A DNA stretch of 60,856 bases, counting the filler, from Hausera hauseri (lineage: Eukaryota): assembly GCA_046269625.1 (NCBI GenBank). It is 10 parts of 10 records of this genome, joined end to end, with 100 filler letters (N's around TTAATTAATTAA, not from the genome) between each part and the next. Parts side by side here need not be neighbours in the genome. Positions count along the whole stretch, not along the records: positions 50,000 to 56,779 come from JBJURY010066327.1; positions 56,880 to 60,856 come from JBJURY010844636.1; 8 more parts are not named here. One strand, given 5' to 3'. Positions 52,529-60,856 of the stretch are shown piece after piece; positions within the stretch are counted from its first letter, which is position 1; every line of letters begins with the position of its first letter. The notes beneath the pieces were generated by a model. That model saw only the letters and a list, made by a program, of their open reading frames with translations. It was not told where the DNA came from and did no database searches. Position numbers and translations under genes: made by a program.

Positions 52529-55315
52529 ATGTTCCGTAATTCTTGCGGATGTTTCAGTCGCTGCGGTCTCACGGCGAAGCGATCAATCGCCGCGACGCTC
52601 AGTGAACTTCACTCAGTTGTGGCGCTGCTCAGCATAATTTTTATTGCTTCTGTGACTATCTGTTGCGTTTCGATTGTCGTTGTCAGTGTCGTAAACTTGT
52701 CGGATGAAATTTCGATTTGTTCCAAGTTGGGATCACAATTGTCTTTTACGGGGGCTTGAGCAACTGCTAGCACACATCTCTCGAAACATATGCACTGTAG
52801 TTTAGCTTTACCTACCACTGTGCAGAGAAGCGCGTTGCCGAATTTCATTGGATTGTATGGGCAAGCGCGGGCGGACCCGTTCGCTGCATGGATAAAGTAT
52901 TTATCGAACGTTGTTGTTGGTGGAGGGAGTAAAGTGGAGTCCGCTGGAGTTGTGTTTGCAGATAACACTGTCGTTTTGTCAAGAGAAATCCAAGGTCTTT
53001 TCATACGTACTGTTGATCCATACAACGGAAGCACATCGTCAAATCCCGTGTTGCCGCCGATGGTCCATACTGTTGCATACAACAAAACTACTACTCAGGT
53101 GATCAAAGAGGTGTGGGTCCGTCAGCCAGATTACTTCACGCAGTTAGATTGGTATAACACATCACCGAAGGCATACAATGCACCACCTGTAATTTCTAAT
53201 TTTGTTCTTACCGCGATGCAGAAGTTTCTTGTCGTCATCGTAGCGCCGATCTACATCAGTGGTTCATTTGCTGGTGTGGTGTTCACCCGTATTTTGCTTG
53301 CTTCCATCAGTTCCTTCCTCCAGACGTTGCCGTTGACCCCTAACTCCGTTGTTGTCTTACTAGATCTTGACAATTACCTATTGGCTTCTACTGTCAAGGG
53401 ATCAAGCGGAACGTTCACCACTGGTGAGCTGCCAATCCCTGCTGACGGGAAGCTGCCTGTTGGTTGTACAACGTATCCTTTTGCTTCTACACCCTTCATG
53501 AGATGCCGTCTGTACGGCGGCAACTACTCTGGGAGTGCTGTATTAAGAATGTTAGTCAATGAGTATGGGAGTTTCCTGAACAGGTCATTTACTGGTGTAG
53601 AGGGTATTCAAGTAACTTTGCGAGCGGTTTCGTATCAGGTTGCATTTGGGCCTCTCATCTTTAACCAAACCGCTTTGGGTCGTGCTGGTTACGCTCTGTG
53701 GAGAATTGTAACTATTATTCCTGACTCGGATATAACATCTGAAGCTCGTAATGGAGAGAATATTACCTACATCATTGCCGCAGTTGTTATTGTTCTCTGT
53801 GCAATCATATGTGTAGTCGCTGTTTTTCTACTTCTGCACCCATTGAACGTTCTTGCCGAGAGGATGTATTGCATTTCTTCAATGCGTGGTAGTGAACTTG
53901 TTTGCGCAAGGGATGAGAAGGCCGTAGAGAGTTGTGTTACTGAAGTGTGTATTATCCAAGAGGCATTGTATGTCTTAATTAAGCAAATAGCGTTTACGAG
54001 AGATTACTTATCCCCTGCACTTCTAGCCCAACTTGAAGCTGAGGATATAAATGACGATGAGGAAGTTCCTTGCAAAATAGAAGTAGTCGGGCCGAGTGAC
54101 TCAATGGCAGGGACCTATGGGAATATTCAAAGAGCCGATTCGATGCATTCGTTGATGACGTCATCGACAGTTCGATCTTCTTCGTCCAAGGTCTCAGTAT
54201 CTTCTGTGAACAAGAACACATGTACTATTTTGTTGTCTAACGACATTGCTACAAAGAACATAACTGTCGTTTCGCTCAATATAATAGGATTTGATCAAAT
54301 AATCGAAGATCATTCATCAGTGACGGAGAGGCCATACTGTGAACTTGTCGAATGTGTTGCGAAGGTTGCCAGAGACAATCGTGGAGTGTTGGACAGCTTT
54401 CATGGAGACAGATTTTTTCTGACATTTAATGCAGCGATATCTGCTGGTTCGCATGTTGCGTTGGCGGCCACCAGCGCGCTTAACATCATCTCTAACTCTG
54501 CAGTTCCAATGAGTTGTGGTATTGCGAGTGGCCCGGCACTTGTTGGCAATGCGGGGTGTGGTGGTCACAAACGTTTCTGCTGCTTCGGTGTGTGTTTTTC
54601 TCAGGCGACGATCCTAGAGCGACTGTGCAAACACTATCAAGGGACAACAATATTAGCGTCTGCGTCTGTACTACGTGATTGTGCAACGGTGTGTGAGTTT
54701 ATATATCAGGACGTCATCTGCCTACCCTGCAAGCCTTTTCTGAACAAAATCACTGGTGAACACGTATATTCGAAGGCAATGCCAATCGGTTCGTTGAAGT
54801 ATATGAAGTCCGCTGCCGCTGATGAGTGGATGTACGAGTTGGAGGCTTCGAATGACACTTTATTCGCACAATCAAATCAGGCCTTTATGCTTGTCATGGA
54901 AGGTAAGGTTGACGAAGGTGTTTCTAAATTGTCAGCGCTTCAAAGCGTTGGTCCGGAATTTGAGCAGTTGAAGGAATTTGTGACGCGAGTCGCTAAGACC
55001 TCCATTAATAATGCGGCCCCTACTAGAAAAGTAGGGTGTGAAGAGTCATTGTATTACATGGGTGTATTAGCGTCCGAGAAACATAGCTATTTCAATGATT
55101 GTATTCTATTTCATGGTGGATCGATATTTTTTCGCAAAGCAAGCACACGGATGATGTCAATGGGTAGTTCTCTGAGTCTCATGACAGATCTCGCTGCTAG
55201 GAAGTTTACTTTTGTTCATCAGCGTGTGGGGGTGAAGGAGTTGAACAAGAAAACTAGTTTTATGTCTCAAGCAAGTAGTGTGAGTGTTTCTTCCGCGATA
55301 CTGCATTTATTATAG
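52529..55315 (+). CDS. Receptor-type class III nucleotidyl cyclase (TM-Cache-like-TM-HAMP-like-cyclase) with one in-frame TGA at 52757
   Basis: ORFs starting 52529 and 52790 share a frame; Cache-like VAPIY.SG.FAGVV; second TM; cyclase motifs VVSLNIIGF, GVLDSFHGD, GIASG.ALVGN.G; EWMYEL. Confidence 0.8.
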
Positions 55316-56387
55316 TAGTAAGTGTTTACTGTTGTATGTAGCAATGCACCGCTATAGACTTCCATGCAAAACTTATTCGGTTCTGAGGGTTGGTGGGTTG
55401 GCGAGATATGTTGGCGATGTTATGATACAGTACAGGTACACTATGCACGTCAATGGAGCTCGTCATGGTTATACGCACTATACCTTTAGCCCACGTTGAC
55501 ATCGGTGAGGGAATGGTTGTTACTCGTTCTCGTGCAGATACGCTCTGTATGCGTCCTACTGTATGCGTAGCATGTTAACATATTATATTAGCGAGGGTGT
55601 TTGCATGCTATGAGAATCGACGGGTATGTGTATTTGTGTAGATATGTGTGCTCACGCACGGTTGTTAGTATGACGGTAGCCAAGTTTATTATTATTTGTC
55701 TTTGTTGTTGTTAGTAGGATCATTATCTACCGGGGAGCATGGTGTTTTTTGATTTACCCTGGCAGACTCATTCATTTTTTCTTATATCTGGTTCTGTTGC
55801 ATGAGTGAGTACGTAGGAATCATCTTCTATTTGCATCTCGCTTTTTCCTGTTGTGCACATTAGTATTTTTCGCTGAATTTTTTGCTTACATTGCACTCGA
55901 TTCTATTGCTACTTCGGTTATTTGAAGGTATTGGTAATAGCTTCCATACAAGTAGGGTTGTTATGCTTCTTTTTGTTTTCATACTTTCGCACCACGATTG
56001 TTTCACAGTTAACATTCCGATGTCACATCTCTTCGTCGTTTTGTGTGAATGGCTCTCGTGCCTCTAGTCTTGAGTATAGCAGTTGTGTATGTGAATATGT
56101 ATTTTTTTTCATTTGTACACTGTAGACGCATGTCTGCATTTTTCACCTGTCTTACCGTTTTCCCTATTGTAAGCTCTAACCACATTTCGTTTTTTTTTCT
56201 TCATGTTACAATATGTTAACTATTGTATATCAACAGATAGTTTAGCATTTCGACTGTGTCCAAAACATTCTATCTTGCTCACTTCAGGAGATCGCTGTGA
56301 TTCCTCTTAGGTCTCTTGTTGCTCCAGCACGCGGCAACGCAACAGTGTAAACGATTTGATCGTAGCTATCCGCTAGTCAAACATCTA

Positions 56388-56779
56388 ATGCCAAAAGCAA
56401 TTGTACTTCCTGTTATCTCAATCAGGCTTATTCTTGCTGCTTTTTCCATTGCGGCGGTTGTAATTTGTACTGTTTTGATTCTGTTTGTGAATGGCAGTTA
56501 TAACAACAGGACCTTTCAATTGTTTGCAACGTCCTTCACCGCGGAAACAACCACTGTCAGCCGTAGGCTTGTTAGGGAATATGCTGACCGGAGCATCAGC
56601 ACTTGTCTGGGGTTGCGCAATGCCGTGTAGAGAAGCGCGTTGCCGAATTTCATTGGATTGTATGGGCAAGCGCGGGCGGACCCGTTCGCTGCATGGATAA
56701 CATATTTATCGAACGTTGTTGTTGGTGGAGGGAGTAAAGTGGAGTCCGCTGGAGTTGTGTTTGCAGATAACACTGTCGT
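56388..56779 (+). pseudogene. Second tandem receptor cyclase, 5' part, with in-frame TAG at 56628
   Basis: N-terminal TM, then ~155 bp nearly identical to 52820-52975. Confidence 0.75.
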
Positions 56780-57914
56780 NNNNNNNNNNNNNNNNNNNNN
56801 NNNNNNNNNNNNNNNNNNNNNNNTTAATTAATTAANNNNNNNNNNNNNNNNNNNNNNNNNNNNNNNNNNNNNNNNNNNNCCTTAACTAAATTATCTAGTG
56901 AGAATACAATTTATAGCACGGTGCCGAAACTTTTGATAAGGAAGTACGCTAAAATCTTGAGGACTAAACCTGAGATAACGATGAAAGTAATGGTATTATT
57001 CCAGTGGATGGACGAAAAAGGAATGTGAATTAACTACATAATCCTATGTGAGGGACGTAAAAAAATGGTTATTAAATAACTGATGAACAAAAGAGTTAAA
57101 TTATAGATTTTACTTTAGAGGTAGAATACTCGACGACCTAGGACAATTAATATATGTCGGGATTATTTCCGACGAAACAAATTGAATATTAGCAACAATA
57201 GCTAACGAGCAGACAAAAGAAGAAGGCACACGTAAGGCAAGGTCACAGAAATGCGTGGGGCAGATTATGGGAGTCCGAGATGCTGCAATGTATTTCGAAT
57301 ATTTACAAACGGATGAAGACAACGAACAATACGATATAAATTTAGTACCACTGAGTGAGCTAACCGCTAAGGGCCCAAGGCCGAAACGCCCAGTTGGTAG
57401 GCCTAAGAAAACGCGAGAAGAGATGCACTATAATAGCAAATTAATTAGAGAACTGAGGCAGATGTCGATTCCGACTCTCAGTACAAACAGTGAGGAATTA
57501 AGTGAGTTAATAAAGAATTTGATACAAATTTTAAATTATTCGAGCCTTCTAAGTGATGTATTAGATGATAAAAAAGATAATATTTGATGCAACCAGAATG
57601 ATGCGAAGTTCACATTTTAAGTTATTAAAAAGTAACTTAGCCGATAAATCGGTAATCGAAAAAATCATGGTAGAAAACATCCACGAGGAATTTAGAAAAG
57701 TATTACAATACTTAGCTGTCAAAATAAACCCTAATCAAGAGAATGAAATCAATAGAGCTATAAGTTTAGTACGAAAAGCATCAAGGAGATTGCCCTGAGA
57801 AGTAAATTGGTCAAGATTGTTTGACAAAGAAGAAGACAGACAGAGCAGCAACAAACTCGACGATATGTTACATAATTTAATAACAGCGGATGTTAATTAT
57901 CGGAAAAATGAATC

Positions 57915-59750
57915 AAATTTGTTAATCAGCCTACTCACTTTGATGATGCTAATAAAACACAAGCTCTCTTACCGTTTACAACAGCGATAAGTTTAAGCTA
58001 GGGCAGAGATATTCCCTAATCGATCTGGAAGTGTGCGAAGATGTTAAACCGCACAAGTTGGAAACAAGACAGAAAGATTATTTCCTGTACCAACAACAAG
58101 AACTGATATCGTTAGATGGAATGGAATGCATGCTGGGACGATCGCGTAGCATTTTTCACTGTGGGTTAGTACATGGACATTCCTCCAAAATCAAGCCAAC
58201 AACTCCGCTAATCCCAATGAAACTAGAACGCCATCACTGCAAACAAACCAAGGAGACTGGAAGGGTACAATGGAACAGTATGCAATTAGAAATGCAACCA
58301 GGAAAGATAATTACAGCATATAAAGTAGTGGCCGGAAGGTTAGACATGCATAGCGGACACTGTTACAGAGCGGAATACGACACCGAAAAAGGATTACAAG
58401 CAAATGTGGTAGCCGTGGATTTCTACAAATCGGAGATGCGATCGCAGAAAGTAATGTTCCATAGTGCCACTAAGTTATACGCTGAGAATTAAAAATGTCA
58501 TTTACAAGACGGAACCTGTGCTTTTAGAAGTTCAGTTATAATATGGGAACTTCCCTTTGGAAGAAGCTGTAATTTTATTAAAATTAAAGAACTGAAGTTT
58601 AATGAAACTACGGGAAAACGATACGGGATAAATCGGAAACCAACTGGAGGACAGGCGAGGACGTATCAGAACATCCCACACCCACCATATTAATCTCGGA
58701 TCAACATAGACTGAAATTCATAAAAAAGAAGATGATTTCTTGTTCTGGTGTAATAATGTTCGCTACTAACTATGAGGCATTTTTTGTCGCAGAAACGGAA
58801 ATAAATGCAAAGACTTACAAATTAGAAACTCAGGATGTCTGAATCGAGGACTATCTAAAAAATAGAATCGATTACTTCTATTACAAAGAACAAGTCGGAA
58901 TAACGGTGTTATGTCACAAAATAATAATGAATGACTACAAATTAGATACCGAAATCATAAGGACGAAATTGGCCCTTATATATGCCAACCCAGAATTGGA
59001 CTCTCTAATAATTCATATGAGAGAGGGAATTTTCTGTCGGGTCACAAGCGAAGTACTGCTAACCTATGAATGCGAAAAGAGAGACGTACCCATCAACGTG
59101 GAAGAAAAACGTTTCATTCAGGAACTTCCTGTCATGTATCAAAATACTCCCAGGTTAGCTACACCATAAACGAGAGTGTTATTGGACAGTGCAACCCAAA
59201 CAACCATCCTTAGAGATTGTAAGGCGAGCTTAGGAGAGCCCATGTTTAGACGAAGTGAAACAGATTGTGTTAATTTGCCAAATAGAGGCATTACTGCCGC
59301 CCCAAATAAATTAACAGGAACAAATCTTGCGAAAGGAATTACGGGCGACAAATTTCAAGATACCTCGTCAAAAGGTTTATATAGGCCGAGGGAAATTAAA
59401 GCCTTTAGGCAATTCCTCTCTTTCCCGCGACAGCGAACACATGAATTAAACCGAGCCATGGCCTCAGTAGTAGACGATACACGATATCAGGCTAAGTGGA
59501 AATCTTTACTTGGCGTAAATCATTATCAACGAGTAACCACAGAAATACTCTATAAAATTTGGGGAAGATTTTTGATCTTCGAATAAGCTGCATCCGGATT
59601 TTTAGCGATATGTTTTTTGATACAAATGATTAAAGCAGTGATCCAAGCAGTAATTAATGGGTACGAAATATTTACATTGACTGGATTTTTATGTAAAATA
59701 CTGACTGTAATCATAACGCCTTTTGGAAAATTCTTAAAGGCATACGAAGA
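57915..59750 (+). pseudogene. Chuvirus-type (class III, gB-like) envelope glycoprotein, decayed
   Basis: Hydrophobic signal LLISLLTLMMLI; YSLIDLEVC; C....SR.IFHCG; C.....TG; AG....SGHC; C...DG.C......IIW; C......ELPV; W.RF..F...SGF....F..Q.IK......INGY.....GF. The pattern matches my recollection of chuvirus G and the G of Anakin Pao elements. Confidence 0.7.
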
Positions 59751-60258
59751 GGGTAATTGGAATTCAGACGTAGAACTTTATGTCGGGTATTATAATTGAA
59801 AACAAAAAAGAAGGCATATACTCTTGCGAAAGCGGACATTTATAAAACCTAATATGCGAAGAAACAATTCAGATGATTACAAGCCTAAGGGAGGAGAAGT
59901 ACTTTCGGCAGTCAACAAACATAAGGCGTACTCGGTTATTAAAACACCATTACCTATGCTACCTACTACGGCTCCAGTCTACGATGACTGTGACAAACGA
60001 TTACTGAGTTCATATCAGACAGAAATCTATAAAAGAACAATTAATGTAGAAGACCCTTATGAAGGAACAAAACGTTACGGGATCATACGGAAAATGAGTT
60101 ACCGACAATCCACAGTTGGTCCGAAAATGTTGTATTCTGCGAAAGAACCTCGGGATATAGAAACTAAATCAACGGTTTAGGATAATCCCATATTAAAAAC
60201 CTTCCAGAATACCGAACTACACACTAACAATCGAGAACCATTAATTAGTACACATGAA

Positions 60259-60744
60259 ATGGAAAAATTACACTTAGAAAACAATGAATTATATCCGAAC
60301 GAAAAATTAAGACAATTATTGGAGAATATAGTATCCTCCCCCAAAATCCGAATCAATGGACATAAAATATCGGCAACTAAACGTCCCAAAATAGCAAAAA
60401 ACTGTTTCGGAACAGTAATAGAAGGGAGACCCTTTGCCAAAATCATTATCAAAGATTGGGAAGTCTATGCCTTAATCGATACAGGATCCAAAATATCTTA
60501 CATTAAAAACGATTCTGTACCTAAATCTCTGAGGGGACAATTATATCCACCATCCATAAAAGATCCAGAAAGTACGGGAGCTTTTGGCCAAATGTCGAAA
60601 CCGATGTTTAAATGGAACCCAGAAGTTCAAATGGTTGGGCAGTTTTTCCATCACGAGTTTGCAGTTATGGAGCAATTAACTGACGACGTAGTTCTAGGAT
60701 GTGATCTACTGAAAATATTACCAATTATAGCAGTTGACTTATAA
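60259..60744 (+). mobile_element. Gypsy-type aspartic protease (retropepsin)
   Basis: PFAKIII...VYALIDTGSKISYI...FAVM......VVLGCDLL. Confidence 0.88.
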
Positions 60745-60856
60745 ATAGGTAATCTAATATAAATCAGGCCAAATAAAGGCGTAAAAAACACTAAGGATAG
60801 AAAATTTGAAGAGGTATGGATACTGTAAAAAAAACACATTTCATCGAGAACAGAAA

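Noticed and set aside
52757-56630. Alternative genetic code (TAG=Gln/Glu, TGA=Trp) in contig 9
   Set aside because: The 841-aa and 194-aa ORFs contain no internal stops. B9D1 ends at TGA exactly at its conserved C-terminus and the cyclase ends at TAG.

Overview
The window is not one locus. It is 10 unrelated eukaryotic contigs joined by nine artificial 100-bp spacers (N44-TTAATTAATTAA-N44). C1 (1-8533): degenerate (GAAC/GAAA)n satellite. C2 (8634-17445) and C5 (28127-32247): decayed Polinton/adintovirus-type DNA with three protein-primed DNA polymerase B relics, an IAP-type RING gene and AGTAGTAG termini. C3 (17546-21995): Gypsy RT-RH-IN followed by a signal peptide-FN3-TM ORF, interrupted by a Polinton end. 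C4 (22096-28026): RING-RING-coiled coil-Gag-RS-rich-two degenerate exonuclease folds. C6-C8 (32348-49899): three CsRN1-like Gypsy copies beside strings of decayed animal housekeeping-gene fragments (POLG, MCM2, RPB1, NAA15, KDM5, TTC7). C9 (50000-56779): intronless B9D1 plus tandem receptor adenylate cyclases, probably from a discoban (bodonid-like) co-biont. C10 (56880-60856): chuvirus-type glycoprotein in frame with a downstream Gypsy protease. The best candidate for a new system is a giant enveloped Gypsy-type retroelement with its fusogen upstream of pol; C4, C10 and C3 may be pieces of such a family, but their linkage is not shown by this window. All family calls come from motif recognition by eye, with no database search.
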